Below, one piece after another: positions 9,560-19,350 of a stretch of 64,000 nucleotides of DNA (its first letter is position 1; each line of letters starts with the position of its first letter). The translations under genes were made by a program, and so were the position numbers. Source of the DNA: an uncultured virus (IMG/VR IMGVR_UViG_3300033233_000003) (Duplodnaviria > Heunggongvirae > Uroviricota > Caudoviricetes). The DNA lies in the IMG/VR virus record IMGVR_UViG_3300033233_000003, one strand, 5' to 3'. The notes beneath the pieces were generated by a model. It had not been told where the DNA came from, ran no database searches, and saw nothing but the letters and a program-made list of their open reading frames with translations.

Positions 9560-11362
9560 TCACGTCGTCCCGTCGATCACGAGATCGACGCCGGTAGTGA
9601 CCTTGAGCGCCGCAATGATGCTCGTGAGGACTGCCTTGGCAGCGGCGTCAGCGACGGTGGAAAGCGCGCCCGTAACGGTCGGCTGTGCGACTGGCGCGCC
9701 GCCGTAGAATGCGAGTCCGGTAGCGTCGATCTTGAAGCGTGACGCTGCGTTCACTTGGAATTCGAGCGAACTCGCTGCGGCCACGTTCCATAAAGAGGCA
9801 GCGGCGATCGTCCACGTGCTGCGAATCGCGCCACCCACCTCTCGCAAGTAAAGCGTGGGCGTGCGTAAGTACATGTCCGTGTTGGACTCAATCGTCACCG
9901 TCGGCAACACGCCTACGTCCGTCTCGCCGATCCTCAGATTGCTCGACACGTCGGTGCGAAGAAATGGAACGTCGACCGCGCTCGCTTCGCGTCTGAAGAC
10001 GGCGAGCACGCTCTGCTCGCTTGGTTTCGGGAAACGAAGCAGCCCCGTCGCGGGCTGCGTCCCTCCTCCAAGTGCAAGGAACGTTCGGACGGCAAGGTCA
10101 GATCCGGATCCGAGGAGGTCGGCGATGATCCCGGTGCCGACCACGTCGTTACCGACCATGCGCACGCTGCCAATCGTCGTCGAGTCTACGATCTGGATTC
10201 CGTTGTCTTCACCGTGGCATCCGATGATGTTCAGCCACTTGTTGTTGGCGTTCTTGATCCCGGATGTCGTGAATCCAGAGAAGTACGCCCCGATGACGTT
10301 CACCGTCGCTGCGACGAAGTCGATCTTTATCCCGCTCGGAACCGTGTTCCCGGTGAAGCGGCAGCCGATTACGGACACCACGTCGGCGAGCGCCGCCGTA
10401 GAAAGAATCTCCAGTCCGAAGTGAGTATTGTCCCACGCGTCGAACTGACACCCGAAGAACGATAGGCTATTCGCCCGGACCACGCGGGCTCCGGTCTGAC
10501 CGTTGCGTGGCTCGAACGTACATCCAGTGCACGAGGTGCTGTAGGCCGTCGTTGTGGCGGTCCCAACAACCATGCACGTAGTATTTTCGATCAGTGTCGC
10601 GTGCGTGATCTCTGCGTGGATCGTGTTGGCCACGAGGATACCGACTGCACAGAACCGGATGTATACGTCCTGAATATGAGCTTTCAGCAGGTCGTGGGTT
10701 GCATCTCCGAGAGCTATGGCGGCGACCGAAAACCCGCGAGCTGCGTCTGATGGGAACATGACGACGTTGATGATTCGGATCTGGTCGCTGTCCACCGCCA
10801 GGATCCCGTGCGTCGCGGCGGCAGCCCCGACGCCATCGTTGTCGATTTGTAGATCTTTGATCGTGACAGTGGTGGCGCTGGCGCTCACTGAGATGACCGG
10901 GGCGCCAGCGTTGCCGACCCATTGGAGGACGCTGCCGACTCCAGGTGGGGCTCCGTAAAGTTGGTTGCTGTTGCCTACTCCGCTGAGCGTGGTCGGCTGA
11001 TCGGTCTGATTGATCAGCAGAGACGAAGTGATGCGAAAAACACCGTCGCGGAGAACGATGTCGCATGCTCCGGCACACGCGTCGATGAATGATTGGAGTC
11101 TCGCTGTATCGTCGATGATTCCGCCGAGCGGTGCGATCGAGATCCGATCACTACCGAGCAAAAACCTTCCTGGCGTGCCGCCCGTAGGAGCGATGCTCGT
11201 CACTCCGTCGACCGCCGTCGCGTCTCCCGGCACGAACAGGTAGTGCGCGTCTACCTCCTGGCAGTGCGTGACTACCCGCTGAGGCGGTCCTGGCAGAGAA
11301 GCGAGCGCGGCGAGCGTGCTCAGGCTAGCGGCGACGAGGGTGCGGGAGGAGATGAGGTCCAT
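9560..11362 (-). CDS. Spike/receptor-binding-like protein: shared anchor plus beta-helix
   Basis: Same MDLISS anchor; DDTARLQSFID...LRDGVFRITSSL; IKDLQIDND coils. Confidence 0.75.
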   Translation of the reverse strand: MDLISSRTLVAASLSTLAALASLPGPPQRVVTHCQEVDAHYLFVPGDATAVDGVTSIAPTGGTPGRFLLGSDRISIAPLGGIIDDTARLQSFIDACAGACDIVLRDGVFRITSSLLINQTDQPTTLSGVGNSNQLYGAPPGVGSVLQWVGNAGAPVISVSASATTVTIKDLQIDNDGVGAAAATHGILAVDSDQIRIINVVMFPSDAARGFSVAAIALGDATHDLLKAHIQDVYIRFCAVGILVANTIHAEITHATLIENTTCMVVGTATTTAYSTSCTGCTFEPRNGQTGARVVRANSLSFFGCQFDAWDNTHFGLEILSTAALADVVSVIGCRFTGNTVPSGIKIDFVAATVNVIGAYFSGFTTSGIKNANNKWLNIIGCHGEDNGIQIVDSTTIGSVRMVGNDVVGTGIIADLLGSGSDLAVRTFLALGGGTQPATGLLRFPKPSEQSVLAVFRREASAVDVPFLRTDVSSNLRIGETDVGVLPTVTIESNTDMYLRTPTLYLREVGGAIRSTWTIAAASLWNVAAASSLEFQVNAASRFKIDATGLAFYGGAPVAQPTVTGALSTVADAAAKAVLTSIIAALKVTTGVDLVIDGTT

Positions 11363-11384
11363 GCTCTTCTAGCCTCTGCCCTTG

Positions 11385-12005
11385 TCAGTAGAGGGAGATC
11401 TCCGCCGAGAAGAAGACGAACTTGCCCACGTCGGCGATGTCGCCCGGGTTGTCGACCCGCAGGTCGAACGTGTCGGTCGCTACGAACGCGAGCAGCGCAG
11501 TGGCCGACTTCTGGCCGTTGACGCCGGGGTTGAACGTGACCGAGACCGCCGTCGCGATGCCGCTCTTGTAGAGCGTGAAGGTCGTCGGCGCGACCGTGAA
11601 CGTGTTGTTGCCGACCGAGACGTCGACCTCGATGCGCACGGCGACGGCGGGGTTCTCGATCGGGTACTGGATGGTGTCCGTCGCGAGCGCGTTCGGGACG
11701 TCTGCCGCGTAGCCGAACGTGGGCACGGCCGCGCCGATGAGCAGGCCGCTGAACTTCTTGCCGTCGGCGCTGCTGTCGCTCGCGTTCGGCCCGATGAGCC
11801 AGCGGCCGACGCCGCTCTTGGTCACGATGACCAGAACGCCGTCCGGCGCCGCCGCGCTCGTCTTGTCGAGATGGTAGAACTTCTTCGTCCCCGTCAGGAA
11901 CGCGAGGTCGCCGTCATGCAGTGCGGTTGCGTCCACGCCCGCGAGCTGCCCCGCGTCCAGAACGCTCGTGCCGACGTACTCGATGTCACCCGAAACTGCC
12001 GGCAT
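11385..12005 (-). CDS. Short spike-like protein: second anchor type plus C-terminal beta-sandwich
   Basis: MPAVSGDIEYV...GVDATALHDGDLAFL...DGVLVI...GRWLIGP. Confidence 0.65.
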   Translation of the reverse strand: MPAVSGDIEYVGTSVLDAGQLAGVDATALHDGDLAFLTGTKKFYHLDKTSAAAPDGVLVIVTKSGVGRWLIGPNASDSSADGKKFSGLLIGAAVPTFGYAADVPNALATDTIQYPIENPAVAVRIEVDVSVGNNTFTVAPTTFTLYKSGIATAVSVTFNPGVNGQKSATALLAFVATDTFDLRVDNPGDIADVGKFVFFSAEISLY

Positions 12006-12075
12006 CTTTTTTGCCCTTATCTTGAGATTGTTGGCCGGAGAGAAGTCTGCCTGGACCTTATGTCCATTGGCCGGT

Positions 12076-12783
12076 TCAAACGTTCACCTGGCGGACGAAG
12101 AGGGAGGCGTGATCGCTGGTCAGCCTCGTCACGGGTTGGATGCGTGCGTTGCCGAGGCCGATGCCTCGCCAGCGAAGCTCGACCACGTGCGGGCCCGCCG
12201 AGAGCGAGCCGGTCTTCTTGGTGATCTGCGCGCTCATGATCCTGCCGGCGGCACTCACCACGAACTCTGCGCTCGACGTGCCGCCGGGGACCGGCAGTGC
12301 GTCGAGGAAGATCTGGAAGCCTGCCCCTCCGCCGCCGGCATCCTCGTTGGCCGCGTCGTTGTCGCCGCTCGCATCGGCCTGGATCTCCAGCGCGATGCCT
12401 CCCGGCGTCACGACGTTGATCGTGAGCAAGTTCACGAAGAGGGCACCGAATGTGCTCACATCTTCGGTCACCTCGGCGAAGAGGGGTCTGTTCGCCGGAT
12501 CCTGCGCGGTCGTCCCGCAGCCGAGGCAGGGCCCGAGGACCCAGCGGCCTGGGATCGCCGGATCGCCGAGCGGGAACGGCACCGTGACCGCGCCCTTCGT
12601 CGTGATGACGTTGACGCCGTCGTCCGGCGCGAAGCTCGCCTTGTCGAGGTAGTAGAAGACCAGCGTGCTCGTCAGGAACGCGAGGTCGCCCGTGCGCAAC
12701 GCCGTCGCGTCCACCCCGCGAAGCTCGAAGGCGTTGAGCCTGCTCGTCTGCACATACTCCAACGTCGGACTCACCGCCGGCAT
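12076..12783 (-). CDS. Short spike-like protein, paralog of 12917-13597
   Basis: MPAVSPTLEYVQTS...GVDATALRTGDLAFL...DDGVNVITTKG...GRWVLGPC; ends SDHASLFVRQVNV. Confidence 0.7.
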   Translation of the reverse strand: MPAVSPTLEYVQTSRLNAFELRGVDATALRTGDLAFLTSTLVFYYLDKASFAPDDGVNVITTKGAVTVPFPLGDPAIPGRWVLGPCLGCGTTAQDPANRPLFAEVTEDVSTFGALFVNLLTINVVTPGGIALEIQADASGDNDAANEDAGGGGAGFQIFLDALPVPGGTSSAEFVVSAAGRIMSAQITKKTGSLSAGPHVVELRWRGIGLGNARIQPVTRLTSDHASLFVRQVNV

Positions 12784-12916
12784 TTTTGACCTCCACTGAC
12801 ATGCGTGGTCCTGAGCAGGCTCGCGAGTGACTTGAGTTGGTTCATCAGTGACCTCCGAGAGAGTGATCGGGCGCGCCAAGCGGTGCCGAAGGCGACCGCG
12901 TTGGGACTTGGCTCGG

Positions 12917-13597
12917 TTACGTATTCACCTCGCGGACGAAGAGGGAGGCGTGATCGCTCGCCGGACGTGTCGTGGGGAAGATCCGCGCGAAGCCGCCGCC
13001 CCGTGCCGCCCAGCGCAAGATGACCGTGTGCAGGCCCGCGATCGGGACCGGGACCTTGAGCGTGATGCCGCCGCTTTCGATGCGGCCTTGGGCCGACGTG
13101 GTCCAGCCGAAGCCGCGGATGTCGAGACCGTCCACGTTGACGACGAAGTCTGCGCCGGCGTTCACCGTGTCGCTGTCGCCGCTCGTGTCCGCCTGGATCT
13201 CCAGGCTCGTTCCGCCCGCGGTGATGACCGGCACGGTCAGGAGTGCGACGAGGAACACGCTGTCTTCGTCGATGTCGTCGACCTGCTCGGCGAACGGCGG
13301 CGCGACGTCCGGCAGCGTCACGGTCGTGCCGCAGGGCAGGCACGGGCCCAGGATCCATCGACCGGGGATGGCTGGGTCACCGAGGGGAAACGGCCCGGTG
13401 ACGGCTCCTTTGGTCGTGATGACGTTGACGCCGTCGTCCGGCGCGAAGCTCGCCTTGTCGAGGTAGTAGTACCTCAGCGTCGTCGTGAGGAATGCGAGGT
13501 CGCCCGTGCGGAGCGCGGTCGCGTCCACACCGCGAAGCTGGAAGGCGTTCAGCTCGCTCGTCTGGACGTATTCGAGGGTTCCTGCGGTCGCGGGCAT
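12917..13597 (-). CDS. Short spike-like protein, paralog of 12076-12783
   Basis: Near-identical anchor; ends SDHASLFVREVNT. Confidence 0.7.
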   Translation of the reverse strand: MPATAGTLEYVQTSELNAFQLRGVDATALRTGDLAFLTTTLRYYYLDKASFAPDDGVNVITTKGAVTGPFPLGDPAIPGRWILGPCLPCGTTVTLPDVAPPFAEQVDDIDEDSVFLVALLTVPVITAGGTSLEIQADTSGDSDTVNAGADFVVNVDGLDIRGFGWTTSAQGRIESGGITLKVPVPIAGLHTVILRWAARGGGFARIFPTTRPASDHASLFVREVNT

Positions 13598-13691
13598 CTC
13601 GGGTGGCTCCTGCGGGCTGCGCTCGTCGCGCGGGTCCGGTTGGAAACCACCCCCGTGGTGCCACCATCGATCGAATCTGCTGAGAGGGAGA

Positions 13692-16148
13692 CTACCCGGT
13701 GGCTTCGGAAGAGTCCAGGGGAGGTTCCGAGGGCTCGGGAGGGACCCGTTTCGGGGTCGCCGGGAGGTTCAAGTCGGGGACAGAGGGCTGCATATCAGTC
13801 TGTTTTTTGTCCTTTTCAGGCGGCTTTTTCTGCACCACGAGCGAAGGCATGGCGTTTCCGTCGGCGTCGAGGGGACGAGGGATGAGGCGGCCGTTGTCTT
13901 CCCAGTCGAAGTAGCACTTGCGTTTGTTGCTGCTGCCGCGGCTCTTCTTGTAGACCCGAAGGCGGATGGTGCTCGACAGTTCATCGACCGGGTGAAGCGT
14001 GACGGGATCGACGTGCTCGATCATCACGCCGAAGGACGCCTCGTGCACGGCCTTGTTGGGTCCGGCGAGGTCGCCGTCCTTCGTGCAGTGCATGATGAGG
14101 AAGATGACGCACTTTCGTTTGCCGGCGTGTCGTCCCCTCGCCTGCGCGCGCTGGAAGTAGATCTTGGCTGCGTGCGTGATCTGCGCGTTGTCCCCGGAGC
14201 TGGTCTCGTCGCTCTCGCTGCTGCCGGCGGAATCGACGACGACGAAGCGACAATCGTGTCGATCGATCTCCTCGATGACCTCTTCAGGCGAAGTGCACTC
14301 GTGGACGCGGAATCGATCGAGGCTGCCGGGCCATCGCGCGAAGACGCCGCCCTCGATCTCGCCGCTGCCTTCTCTGGCTCGAAGCGTGACGTCTGTCTCT
14401 CCTTCCTCGCCCGCGGCGTAGAGACCGTTCTCTCCGTGGATGGAGGTCATCGCAGCGAGAACTTCGGTGAGCAAAGTGCTGTTGTGTGTGACGGTGAAGT
14501 CTCCGAGCAGGAAGCGTCCGTCTACGTCGAGTTGAAATCCATAGAAGTCTCCGTCGCCGATTGGTGTGACGATGAAGCCCGTGACGTTCACACGCTTGAT
14601 CTGTCGACGAGGGTTGGCCTTGCGTCTTGCAACTTTGCATGGAATGCGATCGACGTCGCCGCTGATGCAGATGTACCAATAGATGCCAGAGAATCCGATT
14701 GATTTGATTGTAGAGACGTGTTTCTTCGCATAAGCGGCGAACCCGAGACTTCTTGCTAGAAAGAGGTACTGGTTGCAGAGGTGTTGACTGACGGTGGAAA
14801 GGATGTAGGTCGATCCTGTGTGCGTGAGCATTCCGTCGGTGTCGAGGATCCCAGCGAGAAGCTTCAGTCTCGTCGTTTCATCGTTGTAGATGTACTCCGA
14901 TGGAATGTGCTTGCCGCCGTCGAGGACGCAGCGCTCGCTGAAGAAAACGCGGAGTGGATTGGCACCGTGTTCTTGGCTCAATCCGCGAAATGCGATGTTT
15001 CGCGTGTTCTGTTTCGGAAGTTCGGTCACCGTGACGGTGACGCCGTGCTTCTTCGCGATTTGCTGGCAGTAGGAGAGGATCTCTGGCTCTCGGTTCGTGA
15101 TGCGCGGAGACGCGAGGTGCCCGTCTCCGATCCAGATTCCGAGTAGATATGGATCGATGTCGATGGATCGACGCTGGAAGGAGACGCGCGCGCGGAGGAG
15201 CTTCCAGTCTCGATCGAGTTTGCACCTTTTTTCTTCGCAGTTTGCGATGTGTTCGTGGAGCGGGATGTCGATCGTCTGTCCAGCCTGATCTCGCGTTCCA
15301 GTGAGTGTCATGACGTGAGCGTCGTTGCAGATCCACGGTTCGCCCTTGACTGGTGTGATGAGGAAGAGCGGTCCTCGATCGTGATTCACCGACAGGACTG
15401 TTCGTGGCCTGGAATCCGGTCCCATGAGTAGATCTCCGACGGACACAAGTTCGACGGGAATGATCTCGCCCGTGTGGAGCATCACTGGCGTTCCCTTGCC
15501 GAGGCACTTCCCCGCCCCTGGAGGTGCGGCAACCATCGCGAGACATCCTTCGAGCGGACCGCCTCCGCCGAAGAAGTGATCGAGTTCAGGGAAGCCCGTG
15601 GACAATCGAGGGTGGTGGATGGCCCTGATCTCCCTCGCTCGCTTGCTGCGTGGCTCGATGACGACGTTGCCGTTGCTCTGGGTTGCCGCTTGGGTTTCAA
15701 TCGTCGGGCTCTTCGACGACTCGATCGTCTGGCTCTTCTTCTGGAACTGGAAAGCCTTGAGGTGTTCCGTAGATCGGCCGCTGCCGGAGGTCGCCGGAGT
15801 TTGCGCGACAGTTTCCTGCGAGGCTCCAGCGGCGCCGGACGTGACCGCGTTGGACTGTGTGGCAGGATCTCCCTGCATGGTCGTCGCGCAGGGACCATCG
15901 ATGATCTGAGTTTCAACTGCGACGACTGCGACGATGGTGTTGAAGATGGTGCAATTTGGGCACATCGATCGCCACTTCTTGAATCGCCAACCGCACTGCT
16001 CCCTTACACATTGAAAGGCGTAGCCGAACCACTCGGCGTCGGGCACGCGAGGATCGAGGCTGCTCGCACCCGCGAGCGCGATGGACACGTTGCGGTTCGG
16101 GCCGGGGCCTCCCGACCCGCGGCTGCCAGGTCCCCCGGGTCTCAGCAT
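13692..16148 (-). CDS. radA: RadA/Sms-like ATPase with an intein; no Lon-like C-terminal domain
   Basis: Zn finger FQC..QCGW..KW..MCPNC..FNT; STGFPELDHFFGGG; Walker A APPGAGK|S split by the intein; VVVDS Walker B; HCTKDGDLAGP. Confidence 0.85.
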   Translation of the reverse strand: MLRPGGPGSRGSGGPGPNRNVSIALAGASSLDPRVPDAEWFGYAFQCVREQCGWRFKKWRSMCPNCTIFNTIVAVVAVETQIIDGPCATTMQGDPATQSNAVTSGAAGASQETVAQTPATSGSGRSTEHLKAFQFQKKSQTIESSKSPTIETQAATQSNGNVVIEPRSKRAREIRAIHHPRLSTGFPELDHFFGGGGPLEGCLAMVAAPPGAGKCLGKGTPVMLHTGEIIPVELVSVGDLLMGPDSRPRTVLSVNHDRGPLFLITPVKGEPWICNDAHVMTLTGTRDQAGQTIDIPLHEHIANCEEKRCKLDRDWKLLRARVSFQRRSIDIDPYLLGIWIGDGHLASPRITNREPEILSYCQQIAKKHGVTVTVTELPKQNTRNIAFRGLSQEHGANPLRVFFSERCVLDGGKHIPSEYIYNDETTRLKLLAGILDTDGMLTHTGSTYILSTVSQHLCNQYLFLARSLGFAAYAKKHVSTIKSIGFSGIYWYICISGDVDRIPCKVARRKANPRRQIKRVNVTGFIVTPIGDGDFYGFQLDVDGRFLLGDFTVTHNSTLLTEVLAAMTSIHGENGLYAAGEEGETDVTLRAREGSGEIEGGVFARWPGSLDRFRVHECTSPEEVIEEIDRHDCRFVVVDSAGSSESDETSSGDNAQITHAAKIYFQRAQARGRHAGKRKCVIFLIMHCTKDGDLAGPNKAVHEASFGVMIEHVDPVTLHPVDELSSTIRLRVYKKSRGSSNKRKCYFDWEDNGRLIPRPLDADGNAMPSLVVQKKPPEKDKKQTDMQPSVPDLNLPATPKRVPPEPSEPPLDSSEATG
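14481..15506 (-). mobile_element. Intein (342 aa) with LAGLIDADG homing endonuclease in the RadA Walker A
   Basis: Starts CLGKGTPV after GK and ends FTVTHN before Ser; block B CNDAH; LLGIWIGDG and LLAGILDTDG. Confidence 0.92.
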
Positions 16149-16189
16149 GCCCTCGAAGATAAGGTCGAGGCAGTGGAAGCGCTAGGCTG

Positions 16190-16489
16190 CTACGCGACTC
16201 TTCCCACGGCGTTGCACTTGAACTGGTACTGCTCGTGGGCGCTCGCCTCGGGGTCTTCCCTGTACGACTCGACCGCGTCGTCTCCGCCGTGGAACTTGGC
16301 GCCGGCTTCGCTGTGGATGAGCACCGAGAGCGTGGACTCTCCGCTCGACATGGCGACCATGGCGGCAGCTGCTAGCGCCTCGTCCGGATCCTTGAAGTAG
16401 CGGGCGTCGGTCGCGCGACGGCCGTGACCTCGATCGATGCCTCGCTCGACCATGTACTCCACGTCGGGATGCGTCTTGGCCTTCGACAT
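16190..16489 (-). CDS. Hypothetical protein
   Basis: AGGAG RBS; 99 aa. Confidence 0.65.
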   Translation of the reverse strand: MSKAKTHPDVEYMVERGIDRGHGRRATDARYFKDPDEALAAAAMVAMSSGESTLSVLIHSEAGAKFHGGDDAVESYREDPEASAHEQYQFKCNAVGRVA

Positions 16490-16510
16490 TGCGATCTCCT
16501 CAGGTGCTCC

Positions 16511-16921
16511 TCAGTACGCCCGGCCGACGAGGCCTTGCTTGACGGTCTTCTTCTGCCAGTCGACGAGCTTGTAGGCGAAGAAGATGTCGGGCGTCGCCTC
16601 GAATCTCCCTTCGATCTCCATGTCGCCCTGTCGATGTGTGAGCAGCACGGCGTTCGGGTATTCCATATGCGCGCTCATCGTCATGCTGTAGTCTCCCGGC
16701 GCCATCCAGCTGTCGTACTTGTGGACGAGAGGGCTCGCCGCCTCCTTCGTCGAATTGTCGCTGACCTCGCGCGCGAGGTAGCTCGCGGTCACCTTGCCGG
16801 CTTCGCCGCCCGCGCGCGTCGTGACCACGAAGTGCTTGGCGAGGGCGTACCACCAGATCCAGACTTCCGTCCGGCCGATGCGTGCGTAGGCGACCTGCTG
16901 CGTTTTGTCGAAGGCGATCAT
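16511..16921 (-). CDS. Hypothetical protein, first gene downstream of long-repeat copy 1
   Basis: ATG directly follows the pyrimidine tract. Confidence 0.6.
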   Translation of the reverse strand: MIAFDKTQQVAYARIGRTEVWIWWYALAKHFVVTTRAGGEAGKVTASYLAREVSDNSTKEAASPLVHKYDSWMAPGDYSMTMSAHMEYPNAVLLTHRQGDMEIEGRFEATPDIFFAYKLVDWQKKTVKQGLVGRAY

Positions 16922-17025
16922 GGGGAGGGAGAGGCGAGAGGAGAGCGAGAGGAGAGCGAGAGGAGAGCGAGAGGAGAGCGAGAGGAGAGGGAGAGAGCGA
17001 GAGGGAGAGCGAGAGGGAGAGGAGA

Positions 17026-17183
17026 GGCTATGAGGGAAGGGCGGGAAGTGGGATGGTGGATTGCGGTGCGCGGGGGAGACGATCTTTGCCGTCTAGGCGA
17101 GTGAGGGCCGACACCGCGCTCCGGCGCGCGGACTGCCGTTTCGGATGCTGGCGCATCCTCCTCTCGCGTGCTCCCGATGGTCG
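17026..17183 (-). repeat. ~160-bp structured intergenic element, copy 1; purine-rich tail at 16922-17025 on the + strand
   Basis: Core GGCGCGCGGACTGCCGTTTCGGATGCT and box CTCCCGATGGTCG, both shared by six copies. Confidence 0.95.
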
Positions 17184-17256
17184 CACCGAGGAACGGCAGG
17201 ATGCGCGTTTGTCTCGAAGCGGTGGGATGTGTTTGGGTGGGATGTGTTTGGCCGAG

Positions 17257-17841
17257 TCATGCTGGTGGACTGCCTGGGACCGGGGGGACGGCTTCGGGGC
17301 CCATGAGGGCGCCGCCGAGGCTCGCGATCACGTCCTTCGAGGGGGCAGTCGCCAGCGCTCCGATGCTGGTCGTGTCGGTGAGGATGGCCCAGCCGCTGCC
17401 GGGAGCCGCGGCCGCAGGCAATTTGGATGGCTGCACGGCGCGGATGACGAGGTCCTTCGGCATCGTGGGCAGCGTCCACAGGGTCGCGGGCGCGAGGATG
17501 GCGTTGCCGTTTTGGCTCTCCAGCGCCGCGAACTGGAAGCCTCGGTCGTTGCCCTCCTGGATCACCTCGACCTTGGTCATCTTGGCGGAGTTCGGGGTGT
17601 TGGGAGCGGGCTGGTGTTCGAGGCCGGTCGTCTTGTAGAGCACGAGGCTCGCGAGGATCTTGCCCGCGACGTCCGGATCGAAGCGCATCGCTCCGCGCAC
17701 GACGGACACGCCCTTTCGCTCGGTCTGAGAGGGAGGCTGCGGCGTGGTCGACGGCTTCTTCTTGGCCGATCCGAGCGCCTTGAGCGCGACGAAACCGATG
17801 CCGAGGGCGGCGAGGACGGGGATGATGATGGGGAGGGCCAT
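17257..17841 (-). CDS. N-terminally membrane-anchored protein
   Basis: MALPIIIPVLAALGIGFVALKALGSAKKK. Confidence 0.7.
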   Translation of the reverse strand: MALPIIIPVLAALGIGFVALKALGSAKKKPSTTPQPPSQTERKGVSVVRGAMRFDPDVAGKILASLVLYKTTGLEHQPAPNTPNSAKMTKVEVIQEGNDRGFQFAALESQNGNAILAPATLWTLPTMPKDLVIRAVQPSKLPAAAAPGSGWAILTDTTSIGALATAPSKDVIASLGGALMGPEAVPPVPGSPPA

Positions 17842-17895
17842 TTTTGCCGTTCCCTGACACGCGAGGATGTCAGGCGTTTTGCTTGGGTTTCGAGA

Positions 17896-18183
17896 CTAGA
17901 GCCTCTTGGTCATGATCTTGTCGTGGAGGTTGCGAAGGATCTTCTTGGCCGCCCTCTTGCGGATGGCCAGCTCTTCGCCGTCGGGGATCCAGCCCTGGAT
18001 CTTGTACTCGATGGGAGCGCGCTCTCTATGAGCGCGCCGCAGGAGCGCGCTCATGTGGAGATTGCTAGGCTCGCCGGACGTCGTGCCGGCTGTGCCTCGA
18101 TGATCGATCCACGAGACGTAGGCGACTGTCGAGAGGTTGTCGACGTAGCGAACGATCTCGGCCTTGGTGATTCTCTGGATCAT
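17896..18183 (-). CDS. Hypothetical protein
   Basis: TGATG coupling to the upstream gene. Confidence 0.6.
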   Translation of the reverse strand: MIQRITKAEIVRYVDNLSTVAYVSWIDHRGTAGTTSGEPSNLHMSALLRRAHRERAPIEYKIQGWIPDGEELAIRKRAAKKILRNLHDKIMTKRL

Positions 18184-18710
18184 CAGTGGAGCTTTCTCGC
18201 CACGTCGCCCGGTCGCTCGCCGCGCTTGTGGCTGGCGCGTACCCTGTCCTCGTTGTCGTTGACGATCCGCATCGCGTCGGCGAAGCGGTAGCGCATCGCC
18301 ATGAGGTTGCCGACGACGGCTGCGGCGAACGCGTCGGCGCTCGGGCAGGCGATCTCCGCGGTGCGTCCGGAATTGTACTTCGCGGGCGCGATCTGCTTCT
18401 CCCAGATCGCGATCGACATCGGCACCTCGCAGATCTCCCCGCTCGGCATTTTGAGCCAGAGCTTCTTCTGATGATCGTCCTGGCCGACGATGACGCCCAG
18501 CTCGCGACCGCAGCGGCCGTCGAGGGCCCAGCCGTGGCGGACGATCTCCTCGCTGTGTCCCTCGGCCCTCGCAGGCACGCCCTTGCAGTTCTGCTGACGT
18601 TGGTAGGAGTAGGCGACCGCGACGGCCTGGCCGCGAGGCTTGCCTTCACGGATTTCAGTGGCGATGTTGCGCGAGCGCGTTTTTGACGAGCAGCCTCGTT
18701 CGAGGGGCAT
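18183..18710 (-). CDS. Phage protein with an MPLxxG..S.NI..E..EG.P..QAVAVA N-terminal motif and the shared C-terminal helical module
   Basis: N-terminal motif familiar from small phage proteins; C-terminus resembles the ORFs at 24001, 24444 and 26785. Confidence 0.65.
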   Translation of the reverse strand: MPLERGCSSKTRSRNIATEIREGKPRGQAVAVAYSYQRQQNCKGVPARAEGHSEEIVRHGWALDGRCGRELGVIVGQDDHQKKLWLKMPSGEICEVPMSIAIWEKQIAPAKYNSGRTAEIACPSADAFAAAVVGNLMAMRYRFADAMRIVNDNEDRVRASHKRGERPGDVARKLH

Positions 18711-18712
18711 GG

Positions 18713-19345
18713 CTACTTGAATCCCTTCGGAGGTGTCCACTTCCAGCCTGCTTCGGAGAGCGCTTGGAGCGCAAGCTCGGCCTCGACGACTTCTCCGTAG
18801 CGACGATTGTCTTCGCCAGACTCCCCTCTGCCGAACACGATCGATCCGAGCGACGCGAGCGTGCGGTTGTTCTCGTCAACGAGGCGAGCCCAGAGGACCT
18901 CTCGAATGTCTTCGGGAGGGATGTCCCCGATGCTGTCCCAGCCCTCCGGATCATCTTCCCAGAACGTTCTCCAGCCGCGGTTGTAGGCTTCGTCTTCGGC
19001 TTCTGCAGCCTGCATCGCGCCGCGCATCCGGCCGTGGCGCTCAGTTTCTTTCTTCGGGTCGTGGCTCCATCCGGAGTTCTCCCAGAAGAATTTCGCTCGT
19101 CTCGCGAGATCTGGATCGTTTGGGTAGCACTTTTTGAAATCGGGGGCAGGTCCGCTCTTGCTCTTGCCGCTCGCCATGCCGGCTCCCTCCTCCGCGCGTT
19201 GACGAATCTTCTCGCTCAAGGGTTTGTCGCGCCAGGTCGCGCCGCACACCGCGGGCGCCCCGCCGAGTCGCTCCTTGGCGCCGCCGCTGGCTTCCACGCC
19301 GGCGACGCAGCGTTGCCACCAAAGCTTGGGGGGTCTCGGTGCCAT
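18713..19345 (-). CDS. Hypothetical two-domain protein (PPKxWWxRCV...AVCG N-terminus)
   Basis: Packed operon; acidic C-terminal domain. Confidence 0.6.
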   Translation of the reverse strand: MAPRPPKLWWQRCVAGVEASGGAKERLGGAPAVCGATWRDKPLSEKIRQRAEEGAGMASGKSKSGPAPDFKKCYPNDPDLARRAKFFWENSGWSHDPKKETERHGRMRGAMQAAEAEDEAYNRGWRTFWEDDPEGWDSIGDIPPEDIREVLWARLVDENNRTLASLGSIVFGRGESGEDNRRYGEVVEAELALQALSEAGWKWTPPKGFK

Positions 19346-19350
19346 CGTTT

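Noticed and set aside
6263..13597. Invertase-driven shufflon
   Set aside because: All genes are co-oriented with their own starts; no inverted sites or recombinase were seen.
17120..17170. Hammerhead ribozyme in the long element (stem followed by GAAAC)
   Set aside because: The CUGANGA core is absent: GAGAGGA in copy 1 and an A-run in copy 2.
16882..18291. ORFs spanning the long elements (shared ADCRFGC or HPKRQSAR peptides)
   Set aside because: The peptides are translations of the DNA repeat in inconsistent frames with low-complexity flanks, so non-coding is more parsimonious.
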